Shown here piece after piece: positions 50,431-59,252 of a stretch of 64,000 nucleotides of DNA (positions are counted from its first letter, which is position 1; every line of letters begins with the position of its first letter). Where the stretch lies: the NCBI GenBank assembly GCA_024408495.1, contig JAKSUY010000001.1:3040-67039 (forward strand). The letters run 5' to 3'. The position numbers and the translations under genes are program-made. Origin of the DNA: Bacilli bacterium (lineage in GTDB: Bacteria > Bacillota_I > Bacilli_A > RFN20 > CAG-826). The notes under the pieces were generated by a model. It saw only the letters and a list, made by a program, of their open reading frames with translations, did no database searches and was not told where the DNA came from.

Positions 50431-51399
50431 TTAACGATCTTCACGGAAGTAAGTCTTGCCTAATCCCGCAGGCGCTTGCATCTTCTTAGAACCAATTACG
50501 CTAGAGACAACAAGAACAATAACAGCGGCAACATATGGTATTCCTTTTAACAATTCTTTTACACTCGCATCGACACCAGTGAACACAAATGGAATAATTG
50601 ATAAGAATCCAATAAGGAAACTGACCGGAATTGATATCCAGCTTCTCCAAGCACAGAGAATAACAATTGATAAGCACAACCATCCATAAGAATCGGCTGG
50701 ATCAGTTGCTAGCATCGTTCCTTCATTAACATCAATTGCGTAAATCATACCACCGATAGCAACTAAAATTGAGCCTATAATTGTCGATAAATACTTATAT
50801 TTTGTAACATTTATTCCAGTTGCATCAGCAGAGGCCGGATTTTCCCCGACTGCTCTTAAGTTAAGACCAACTCTGGTTTTTGCAATGATAATAGAAGCAG
50901 CAATAGCCACTAATATAGACAAGTATGTGAATATGCTTCCTGATAAAAACATTTCACCAAAAGCTCCAGCATTAGTATAGTTAGGAAATAAATGTTGGAT
51001 TTTACTTGCTGCACTGCTAATACCATTGGTGTTTAATCCTTGAATAAAATAACGAGAAAGCGCGACTAAAAAAGTAGTTAATGTAAGACCAACTACATTT
51101 TGATTGCACTTCAAAGTGACCGTTAAAAAACAATAAAGGAACCCACCTAGCGCACCAAATATAACGGCAAAAATGAGAGGAATTAATATCGCTAGAAAAA
51201 CATTAATATTATCTATTGAAGGCAAAGAATTAACATATAAAGACTCGCCAAGAAGTCCACCGAGAGATCCTAAAAACATAATGCCAGGAACGCCCATATT
51301 TAAATGGCCGCCTTTTTCAATGATAATGTCACCAGTAGCACCAAAAATATAAACAGCCATAATTCTTATTGCTCTAGCAACTAATGAAGTTACATTCAT
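50431..51399 (-). CDS. nucleoside (BMP-family) ABC transporter permease
   Basis: 322 aa with about 9 TM helices. There is a 4-nt overlap with the upstream permease gene. Confidence 0.75.
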   Translation of the reverse strand: MNVTSLVARAIRIMAVYIFGATGDIIIEKGGHLNMGVPGIMFLGSLGGLLGESLYVNSLPSIDNINVFLAILIPLIFAVIFGALGGFLYCFLTVTLKCNQNVVGLTLTTFLVALSRYFIQGLNTNGISSAASKIQHLFPNYTNAGAFGEMFLSGSIFTYLSILVAIAASIIIAKTRVGLNLRAVGENPASADATGINVTKYKYLSTIIGSILVAIGGMIYAIDVNEGTMLATDPADSYGWLCLSIVILCAWRSWISIPVSFLIGFLSIIPFVFTGVDASVKELLKGIPYVAAVIVLVVSSVIGSKKMQAPAGLGKTYFREDR

Positions 51400-53384
51400 T
51401 TTTTGACCTCCTTATTTTGTTTCTTATTTTTCTTTTTCTCTTTGATTAGATTCTTGCAATTGTAATATTTAATTGCTAATTTAAATCCAATGTTTTTGAG
51501 TTTAATAATTCTTTCAATACGATGGTTACTTAAATACACGCTTGCTATATAAGAAGACTTTTCAAGTTCATTGATTTCCTTATCGCTAACCTTGTGAAAT
51601 TTACGGATTTTAAAATCAAACATTGCCTTAAGTTTCAATGCAAGTTTGTTAGCATTGATTCTATCTTTATGGAATTTTTTTACTTCTTTTTTATATTTAA
51701 CTTTTAGTTCTTTTAATTCTTTTTTTAATTTCGCCAGATCATTTTTATTATTTGTCTTAGCTAAAATGATATCGTTCTTTTTCTTTAATATTTCAAAATT
51801 AATATCCGATAAACTGCCTTTATAAGGCCAATTAGTATACTTAATATTATTAAAGAAAACTTTTAGTTGGTTCTTAGTCGGATAAGAAACAGTGCCGCTT
51901 TTAACCACGAGTATCGCATTGGCATTTTTATTAACTATTAAATGTTTAATTCTTGAAATATTGCCTCTTAATAAATATCTAGTTTGCAGATGCTTTAAAT
52001 AAACTTCTTTTCTGTCTATTTTAAATTGCTTTTTAGCCAAGATATATTTGTTATGAACATCTAGTATTTTCTTGTGTAAAATTTCGGCCTCTGCTCCACT
52101 ATTAGTGTGTGCATATTTACTTTTTAATTGCTTTATCTCTAAATCGCATTCGTTTTTAACTTTTTTAATTTGTTCTTTTTTATGTTCAAAGGCAACGCGG
52201 GAGGAGAAGGCTCCTATGTCTTTATATTTTTTAAATAAAGAATCAACATTAATGTCAATGTCAGATGCACCTACTATGCTGTTCTTAACTTCAGAAACCT
52301 CATTAGGTAAGCGCCATTTTAATTTATATCGAATAAAAAATTCGGCAATAACCACAACAAGGATAAAAATTCCGATAACTAATCCCGGTAAAAAGGTTGA
52401 ATCTAATTTAATTGTTGGCAAGGAGGCAGCATAAGTAGAACCGATTTCAAGAAAGGAAACGATTCCACTAAATAAGGCAATTTCTAACGGTTCAAAATGG
52501 CCTAGCCAAGCAATTAACACCGCGGTAAACCCTCTACCACCAACTAGCGTGCTACTCAAAGTTCCATTTACACAACAAACTAACAAAAATCCCACTAAAC
52601 CAGCAATTGCTCCAGATAAAATCATTGTCCTGTATGAAACTTTTTTCTTACTGATACCTGTGTATCTAGCAGTATTAGCCGAATCTCCTAAAACCGATAA
52701 TTCGAATCCTTGTTTTGTTTTCTTTAAATACAGGTACATAAAAATGGTAATAACAATAGCGCAGAGAATGACCGGAAGATAATCAACTCCACCAATGCTA
52801 GTAAATAATCTTCCCTCATCTATGGCAGGAAAAGTGCCATGACCGCTTTTATCCACAAAATTAATAAGCGCTAAAACAATTGGGGTAATTATATAATTCA
52901 TCAATAAAGTAAATAATGTTTCGTTGGTATTAAATTTTAATTTGAAAAAAGTTGGTATTAATGCCCACAGTATACCACAAATTAAACCAGCAAAGAGTGA
53001 AATGATAATTACAACAGCATTAGGAATTGTGTTTGGCAAAAAATGTAGAACCATAGCGGTTCCGAGACAACCGGCTAAGGCTTGGCCTTCAGCGCCGATA
53101 TTCCAAAATCTCATTTTAAAGGCAGGTACGACACTTAAAGAAAGCAAAAGATAGATGCTAAATGAACAAAGAAACTTTAGGGCTCGACCTTGGGTCTTAA
53201 AGTTACCATTAATTAATCCTTCAAAGAAATAACCAAAGCTACCTGGTTTCAGTATATTAACCATAAGCCCAATGATTAAAAGCGCCGCCAAAATGCTTAC
53301 GATTCGAATCAACCATGTATTAGATTTAGAAATGCCAATACGTTTGGTCATATATATTGGTAATTTAAAAGACGACTTATTCAC
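51396..53384 (-). CDS. nucleoside ABC transporter permease with a lysine-rich C-terminal extension of about 310 aa
   Basis: The N-terminal permease of about 350 aa has about 9 TM helices. A K-rich coiled-coil region follows. Confidence 0.7.
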   Translation of the reverse strand: MNKSSFKLPIYMTKRIGISKSNTWLIRIVSILAALLIIGLMVNILKPGSFGYFFEGLINGNFKTQGRALKFLCSFSIYLLLSLSVVPAFKMRFWNIGAEGQALAGCLGTAMVLHFLPNTIPNAVVIIISLFAGLICGILWALIPTFFKLKFNTNETLFTLLMNYIITPIVLALINFVDKSGHGTFPAIDEGRLFTSIGGVDYLPVILCAIVITIFMYLYLKKTKQGFELSVLGDSANTARYTGISKKKVSYRTMILSGAIAGLVGFLLVCCVNGTLSSTLVGGRGFTAVLIAWLGHFEPLEIALFSGIVSFLEIGSTYAASLPTIKLDSTFLPGLVIGIFILVVVIAEFFIRYKLKWRLPNEVSEVKNSIVGASDIDINVDSLFKKYKDIGAFSSRVAFEHKKEQIKKVKNECDLEIKQLKSKYAHTNSGAEAEILHKKILDVHNKYILAKKQFKIDRKEVYLKHLQTRYLLRGNISRIKHLIVNKNANAILVVKSGTVSYPTKNQLKVFFNNIKYTNWPYKGSLSDINFEILKKKNDIILAKTNNKNDLAKLKKELKELKVKYKKEVKKFHKDRINANKLALKLKAMFDFKIRKFHKVSDKEINELEKSSYIASVYLSNHRIERIIKLKNIGFKLAIKYYNCKNLIKEKKKNKKQNKEVKK

Positions 53385-55467
53385 GAGTTATGCTCCCATC
53401 TGTCATATATAGACCAAGTTTTTCTTTACTAGTTTTTTTAGGGTCAAAAATGCCTGATACTTTTCCACGACACAAAACCATTATGCGATCGCATAATTCA
53501 AGCAGAACATCTAAATCTTCACCGACATATATAACCGCTACTCCGGTTTTCTTTTGCTCTTGTAGCAAATTATAAATTGTATAAGAAGAATTGATATCTA
53601 ATCCACGCACAGGATAAGCGGTCATAAACACTTTAGGAGCAAAAGAGATTTCGCGCCCTACTAGCACTTTTTGTATATTGCCTCCAGAAAGAAGGCGCAC
53701 TTTTGTGCTTTTCCCAGGAGTAACTACATCTAATTCTTCAATTATTTTATCGGCTAATGCTCCAGGTTTTTCACGGTGGACAAACAATCCTGGGCCATGT
53801 TTATAACTTCTTAGCATCATGTTATCGGTAATATCCATATCACCAACTAAACCCATTCCTAAACGATCTTCCGGGACAAAAGACAAATGGATTCCTGCTT
53901 CTCTAATTTGCAAAGGATCCTTTGATGCTAAATCAATAATTTCGTTTTCGTTAAAAATAATCTTTTTTTCTTTTACTAATTTGATTATTTCTCTGTTTTT
54001 AACATTAGTTAGATCAACCGCCGAGCCATCTTCATAATGGAAAGCGTCTTGCTTTGCTAATTCGCGAACTTCCTTTAATGTTTTATGCAAAATAGTGAGA
54101 GGTTGATTCTTCTTAGGATTTATTAACGTGATATTCCCTTTACTAATTGGATATAAACCGGCTATGGCTTCGAGTAATTCTTTTTGTCCATTGCCTGAAA
54201 TACCGGCTATTCCTAAAATTTCTCCTGATTTAGCAGTAAAAGATACGTTATTAATAACATAAGTTCCACTTTCTGTCTCAAACTTTTCTTTTAACTCATT
54301 GATGCTTTTGGCTTCTTGTAATTTTAAAGCATCAACCTTATTTTTTAATGTCTTTTCAGATAGTTTTTGCTGCGAGGCTTTTAAATCATCAATTCGCTTT
54401 CCAAACTCTTTTTTAATCTTTTTTATTTCATTTTTTAAATTCTTTTTTTTAGTAAAACTTGAGTTATTAGTATTATCTTTTAAATATAAGTTTTTAACAA
54501 TTAATCGATCTTGAGGATTAATCGGCTTTTCCCTTTTGATATTTAATTCAATTTTCTTACCGACCATCATCTCTGTTAGGATTTGTTGATTAGCTTTATA
54601 AGTTGGAATTTCGTCAATATATTCTCCTTTTCGCAAAATAACGACTTTATCGGATATTTCCATAACTTCGTTAAGCTTGTGGGTAATAATTATTATAGTA
54701 TTCCCATGACTTTTCATATTACGGATAGCTTGAAACAGGTGTTCGGTTTCTTGAGGGGTTAAAACAGCGGTTGGCTCATCAAGAATTAAAGTATTAACGC
54801 CTCGGTTCAATACTTTGATGATTTCCAATGTTTGTTTCTCACTCACAGACATGTCACAAACGCGTTTATTCAAATCGATTGTAAAACCATAACGACTAGT
54901 AATAGTTTTAACTCTTTTTTCAATAGTTTTTAATTTAAATTTTTTGGCTTCTTTAAAAGATTTATTTAAGTTAAAAATCACATCATAATTAGCTTCGACT
55001 TGTTTTAGTTGCTTTTGCATTAATTCAATGTCAATTAATTTAGACTTTTTTATTACTTTCTTTAATCTAACTATCTCTTTTTGAATATCTGATAATGTAC
55101 CTAACTCTTTTTCTTCGTTCTTTAAAACGTTGTATTCAGGAAGATCCTTGTCGGTTAGGCCAATTGCAATATTTTCAATCGCCGTAAAAACATCAACCAA
55201 TTTAAAATGTTGATGCACCATACCTACCCGGTACTTAAACGCATCTAATGGTGAATTAATAAATGCTTCTTCACCATTAATATAAACCGTACCTGAATCT
55301 TGTTTATAGATACCAGCAATGACGTTCATGAGAGTGGTTTTCCCACTCCCATTTTCACCTAGAATTGAATAAATTTTTCCTTTTTCGATTGTGAACGAAA
55401 CATCCCGGTTCGCAATGACCTTTCCAAAAACTTTAGTAACATTCTCGAACCGGATTGCTTCTCTCAT
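53377..55467 (-). CDS. nucleoside ABC transporter ATPase (two nucleotide-binding domains) with coiled-coil insertions
   Basis: The first nucleotide-binding domain (NBD1) has GENGSGKTT, HQHF and LILDEPTAVL. The second (NBD2) has GISGNGQKEL and LSGGNIQK. The protein is 696 aa. Confidence 0.8.
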   Translation of the reverse strand: MREAIRFENVTKVFGKVIANRDVSFTIEKGKIYSILGENGSGKTTLMNVIAGIYKQDSGTVYINGEEAFINSPLDAFKYRVGMVHQHFKLVDVFTAIENIAIGLTDKDLPEYNVLKNEEKELGTLSDIQKEIVRLKKVIKKSKLIDIELMQKQLKQVEANYDVIFNLNKSFKEAKKFKLKTIEKRVKTITSRYGFTIDLNKRVCDMSVSEKQTLEIIKVLNRGVNTLILDEPTAVLTPQETEHLFQAIRNMKSHGNTIIIITHKLNEVMEISDKVVILRKGEYIDEIPTYKANQQILTEMMVGKKIELNIKREKPINPQDRLIVKNLYLKDNTNNSSFTKKKNLKNEIKKIKKEFGKRIDDLKASQQKLSEKTLKNKVDALKLQEAKSINELKEKFETESGTYVINNVSFTAKSGEILGIAGISGNGQKELLEAIAGLYPISKGNITLINPKKNQPLTILHKTLKEVRELAKQDAFHYEDGSAVDLTNVKNREIIKLVKEKKIIFNENEIIDLASKDPLQIREAGIHLSFVPEDRLGMGLVGDMDITDNMMLRSYKHGPGLFVHREKPGALADKIIEELDVVTPGKSTKVRLLSGGNIQKVLVGREISFAPKVFMTAYPVRGLDINSSYTIYNLLQEQKKTGVAVIYVGEDLDVLLELCDRIMVLCRGKVSGIFDPKKTSKEKLGLYMTDGSITRE

Positions 55468-55476
55468 TATTTTATA

Positions 55477-56757
55477 TTATTTCTTCCAATTGATATCGAT
55501 ACCATCGATAATTAAATCGAATGCTGGCGCACTACGATAATAAGATTCTTTAACATAATCACCACCGTCAACCAAATCTGTATCTCTAGCGTAATCACCT
55601 TCATCTAATATGTCACCCATAAATTTTGTTAATTTTCCGTTGCCATCACAATCATATGTCTTGCCTTTTTCGTGACCGCCTTGACCGTCAGCGTTCTTTA
55701 CAGTAAAAGTATTAACATCAAAAACTTTTAAAGTTCCTTCTCTTAACTTTTTTTCTGCGTCGGTAATTTTGCTCTTATCTTTTACTAAATCACTGTTAAC
55801 TTCGTATTTTACCGACCCGGTGCTTAATGTTCCAAGCCAGTTATAATCTTTTTCGCCATCGATAGCCTTTTTAGTAGCAACAGATTCAATGATTCTTTCA
55901 TAATATGGTTGCCAGTCGATTCTTGAATATCCGACAAAAGTGTCGTTATATTCTGGGCCAAATTGAGTAACTGTATTTGTGTTATAACTAACGTTTGGTA
56001 TTTTTTTATCTTTGCAAGCTTTAGGAGCACCGACCGAATCAGCGTGTTGAGATATTAATATACATTTGCCATTATCTATTAAGTCGATTGCCGCCGCTTG
56101 TTCGCCTTCAATGTCATACCATGAATTTGTATACGATACTTTCATAGTAACATTTGGGAAAATACTTTTAACGCCTAAATACCAAGAAGTATAACCAGAA
56201 ATAACTTCGGCATACGGCATTGCACCAACATAACCTACACAAATCGCTTCGTTTGTATCCTTGTGTCCGTGTTCTAATAAATATTGACCCGCAGCAATTC
56301 CCACTAAATAACGTCCTTCATAAATTGAAGCAAAAGCATTATGAAAATTGGAAAGTTTTTCTTTATAGGCGAGCGTGCCGGTTGCACAACTAAATTGAAC
56401 ATTAGGATATTTTTTAACAATTTTGTCAACTTGAGCATCGTGACCAAAACTATCAGTAAGAACTAAATTATATTCATCTTCGGCAAATTCTTCCGCCGCC
56501 TTCGTACCAGCTTCTCCGGTATCATCAATATTAGTCTTTATCGAAACATGATCGTTATCGGTATAGCCTTTAGCTTTAGACGCCTCAACAGCCGCATTAA
56601 AGCCTTCAATAAAGTTATTATCGTAAGTCGAACTTTTGTCGTGCAAACAAATTAAACCGATTTTCAACTTCTCACCAGAATAACCATTACCGCAACTTGT
56701 GACTGCTGCGAAAGTAGTAAGAGCTAATGCGCTCATTAGGAATAATTGCTTTTTCAT
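55477..56757 (-). CDS. BMP-family (PnrA-like) nucleoside-binding lipoprotein
   Basis: Lipobox VTSC. The protein has a BMP-like fold pattern and is the first gene after the purine riboswitch. Confidence 0.75.
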   Translation of the reverse strand: MKKQLFLMSALALTTFAAVTSCGNGYSGEKLKIGLICLHDKSSTYDNNFIEGFNAAVEASKAKGYTDNDHVSIKTNIDDTGEAGTKAAEEFAEDEYNLVLTDSFGHDAQVDKIVKKYPNVQFSCATGTLAYKEKLSNFHNAFASIYEGRYLVGIAAGQYLLEHGHKDTNEAICVGYVGAMPYAEVISGYTSWYLGVKSIFPNVTMKVSYTNSWYDIEGEQAAAIDLIDNGKCILISQHADSVGAPKACKDKKIPNVSYNTNTVTQFGPEYNDTFVGYSRIDWQPYYERIIESVATKKAIDGEKDYNWLGTLSTGSVKYEVNSDLVKDKSKITDAEKKLREGTLKVFDVNTFTVKNADGQGGHEKGKTYDCDGNGKLTKFMGDILDEGDYARDTDLVDGGDYVKESYYRSAPAFDLIIDGIDINWKK

Positions 56758-56775
56758 CTTTTGTACATCCTCCTT

Positions 56776-56808
56776 AAAAAATTAAAAAGCTTCCGTATCG
56801 GAAGCCTC
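56776..56808 (-). terminator. riboswitch expression-platform terminator
   Basis: On the minus strand: GCTTCCG-ATA-CGGAAGC followed by TTTTTAATTTTTT. Confidence 0.75.
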
Positions 56809-56850
56809 TTACTACAAGAACACTACTATATTATTAATATATATGTTCAT

Positions 56851-56910
56851 TCGTAGTGTCAGGTTAAGGCCTGACGTAGAGACTACCCACCATATTAGGG
56901 TTATATACGA
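56851..56910 (-). promoter_or_regulatory. purine riboswitch aptamer, guanine/hypoxanthine type
   Basis: The minus strand reads TCGTATATAACCCTAATATGGTGGGTAGTCTCTACGTCAGGCCTTAACCTGACACTACGA. Helices P1, P2 and P3 are present, with conserved J1-2 UAUAA and J2-3 AGUCUCUA. A C occupies the specificity position in J3-1 (ACU). Confidence 0.85.
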
Positions 56911-57020
56911 GTTAATCTGACGATTAACAAAAACATATTAATATGTAATATCATTATTAGCAACAATAATCGTAGATTATAACAATAAAAGCGCTTTCAT
57001 ATATAAAAATAGTTTTTTTA

Positions 57021-57109
57021 TATAAAGTCGCTTGAATTTTCGGATAATATCTTGAAAAGTCGCTTGAATTTTCGTACAATATGTGTATAAAGTCGCTTGA
57101 ATTTTCGGA
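57021..57109 (+). repeat. three exact 19-nt direct repeats (AAAGTCGCTTGAATTTTCG) overlapping a promoter
   Basis: Copies lie at 57024-57042, 57056-57074 and 57089-57107. The first and third copies extend to 24 identical nt. The start-to-start spacing is 32 and 33 bp. Confidence 0.9.
57064..57091 (+). promoter_or_regulatory. candidate promoter of the ATPase gene
   Basis: TTGAAT (57064-57069, inside repeat 2), a 16-nt spacer, then TATAAA (57086-57091, at the start of repeat 3). Confidence 0.4.
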
Positions 57110-57122
57110 AAAGGAGACAAAA

Positions 57123-58472
57123 ATGCTATATAAAAGAAGGATTTATAACGAATTAGAAAAATGGAAGAAAAGTTTAAAAGTAAAAAAGAAAGCTTTTGTT
57201 CTTAAAGGATTGCGACAAGTAGGCAAGACCACTATTATTTGTGAATTTGCAAAGAATAATTGGCCAAATGTAATTTATTTTAATTTCAAACTCGAACCGA
57301 TAGCTAAGGAAATTTTTAGTGATAATCTTGATATAAGCACCATTATTAAATTAATCACTTCAATAAAACACAATGCTACTTTTGTAGCTAATAAAACTGT
57401 TTTAATTTTTGACGAAATCCAAGAATGTTCAGGCGCACGTGCATCAATTAAATCCTTTATGCTAGATGGACGTTTTGATGTAATTGCATCTGGATCCTTG
57501 TTAGGTATTAAAGGATATAATGCGAGTTATCATGGCGGCATACCGGTTGGGTATGAACATACTGTATATATGAAACCCATGGACTTTGAAGAATTTCTTT
57601 GGGCACGCGGAATGAATGAAAGTATAATTAACGAAATAAAAAATAATTATAAAAATAATACTAAAGTAAATCTCATCCTACATAAACAATTCAGTACTTT
57701 ATTTAAAGAATATATTTGTGTTGGTGGAATGCCGGCAGTAGTTGATGTCTTTAATAAAACTGGTGATATGAATCAGGTAAGAAAAGAACAATTAGATATT
57801 TTAGAAAGTTTCAAAGATGATTACGGAAAGCACCTTGATATTAACGAAAAAGAGACTAATGATATTCCTTTATTAACAAAGATAAATAATGTATTTAAAT
57901 CAATCCCTAGTCAATTAGCAAAAGAAAATAAAAAATTTATGATTTCTAAAATAAACAAGGATGCTTCTTTAGCTAAATACAATGATGCGATAACCTGGTT
58001 AATAGATTATGGATTGATTGATAAATGCCATAATTTAACAACACCATCTTTCCCTCTAGATGGTTACTTAACCGAGAACATTTTTAAAATTTATATGTGC
58101 GATACTGGACTATTCATGGCATCGCTAAGTTTTGATTCTATCTCATCAATTTTGTTAGATGATATGGGCATATACAAAGGAGCGGTTTATGAAAACGTTA
58201 TTGCTGACGCTTTAATTAAAAACAACAAACCATTATATTATTATTCGCGCGAATCAGGATTAGAAATCGATTTTGTAACAACTATTAATAATGAAATATA
58301 TATTATCGAAGTTAAAAGTAGAAACGGAAACAGTAAATCCGCTAAAGAAGTATTAACTAATAAAAAACGTTATCCTAATGTTAAAGGGCTGATTAAACTA
58401 ACCGATACAAACGTTTCAAAAATAGGTAATATCAAAACAATTCCTTTATATTTAGCTTTTTTAATTAAATAA
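57123..58472 (+). CDS. AAA_14 + DUF4143-type ATPase
   Basis: P-loop GLRQVGKTT and Walker B LIFDEIQ. The C-terminus looks like a nuclease fold (LEIDFV...IIEVKS). The start is placed at MLYKRR, which has an AGGAG SD. Confidence 0.7.
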   Translation: MLYKRRIYNELEKWKKSLKVKKKAFVLKGLRQVGKTTIICEFAKNNWPNVIYFNFKLEPIAKEIFSDNLDISTIIKLITSIKHNATFVANKTVLIFDEIQECSGARASIKSFMLDGRFDVIASGSLLGIKGYNASYHGGIPVGYEHTVYMKPMDFEEFLWARGMNESIINEIKNNYKNNTKVNLILHKQFSTLFKEYICVGGMPAVVDVFNKTGDMNQVRKEQLDILESFKDDYGKHLDINEKETNDIPLLTKINNVFKSIPSQLAKENKKFMISKINKDASLAKYNDAITWLIDYGLIDKCHNLTTPSFPLDGYLTENIFKIYMCDTGLFMASLSFDSISSILLDDMGIYKGAVYENVIADALIKNNKPLYYYSRESGLEIDFVTTINNEIYIIEVKSRNGNSKSAKEVLTNKKRYPNVKGLIKLTDTNVSKIGNIKTIPLYLAFLIK

Positions 58473-58474
58473 AA

Positions 58475-59224
58475 TTATTTATTAGTCTTTCCTTGGTTAG
58501 CGACGGCAGCCATCTTAGCCTTAAGCGCTTCTTGATCACCAAGATAATATTTCTTAATTGCTTTGAAGTTATCATCGAATTCATAGACAAGTGGAACGCC
58601 AGTAGGAATATTAACTTCCGTAATTGCTTCATCGCTCATATTATCGAAATATTTCACTAACGCTCTTAAAGAATTACCATGTGCGGCAATTAATACTTTC
58701 TTACCTGCTTTTACTTGTGGGCGAATGACATTCTCCCAATAAGGTACTGCACGAGCAACGGTAATTTTAAGTGATTCAGTTAATGGTAAATCTTTCTTAT
58801 CTACATCTTTATAGACCGGATCATTATGTGGTGCTCTTTTATCAGTAATCTCTAATGCTGGCGGTGGTACATCATAACTTCTACGCCAGACTTTAACTTG
58901 AGCTTCACCATATTTAGCAGCGGTCTCAGATTTATTTAAACCTTGAAGCGCACCATAATGTCTTTCATTTAGTTGCCAAGCTTTAACAATTGGTAGATTA
59001 ACTAATCCCATAGACTCAAGCACTAAGGCTAAAGTTCTTTGAGCTCTTTTTAAATAAGAGGTATAGCATAAATCAAATTGATAACCACCTTCTTTAAGTA
59101 ACTTACCACCTGTTTTAGCCTCTTCTAGACCTTTCTCACTTAAATCAACATCAGTCCAACCAGTAAATAGATTTAATTTGTTCCATTCACTTTCACCATG
59201 TCTAATTAATACTAATTTGTACAT
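58475..59224 (-). CDS. gpmA: 2,3-bisphosphoglycerate-dependent phosphoglycerate mutase
   Basis: Motifs [10 protein letters not shown] and [10 protein letters not shown]. Confidence 0.95.
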   Translation of the reverse strand: MYKLVLIRHGESEWNKLNLFTGWTDVDLSEKGLEEAKTGGKLLKEGGYQFDLCYTSYLKRAQRTLALVLESMGLVNLPIVKAWQLNERHYGALQGLNKSETAAKYGEAQVKVWRRSYDVPPPALEITDKRAPHNDPVYKDVDKKDLPLTESLKITVARAVPYWENVIRPQVKAGKKVLIAAHGNSLRALVKYFDNMSDEAITEVNIPTGVPLVYEFDDNFKAIKKYYLGDQEALKAKMAAVANQGKTNK

Positions 59225-59252
59225 ATATATTTATCTCCTTATATATTAATTA

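Noticed and set aside
52072-52434. A 120-aa plus-strand ORF lies here. Similar antisense ORFs lie at 29109-29378, 40963-41229, 42738-42995, 45219-45491, 62289-62555 and 63719-63970.
   Set aside because: All are embedded antisense in long, motif-supported genes. Low-complexity AT-rich antisense frames stay open by chance.
56935-56948. A 14-bp perfect palindrome, ACATATTAATATGT, lies upstream of the purine riboswitch.
   Set aside because: It is purely A/T-rich, does not resemble a PurR box, and is likely to arise by chance in this composition.
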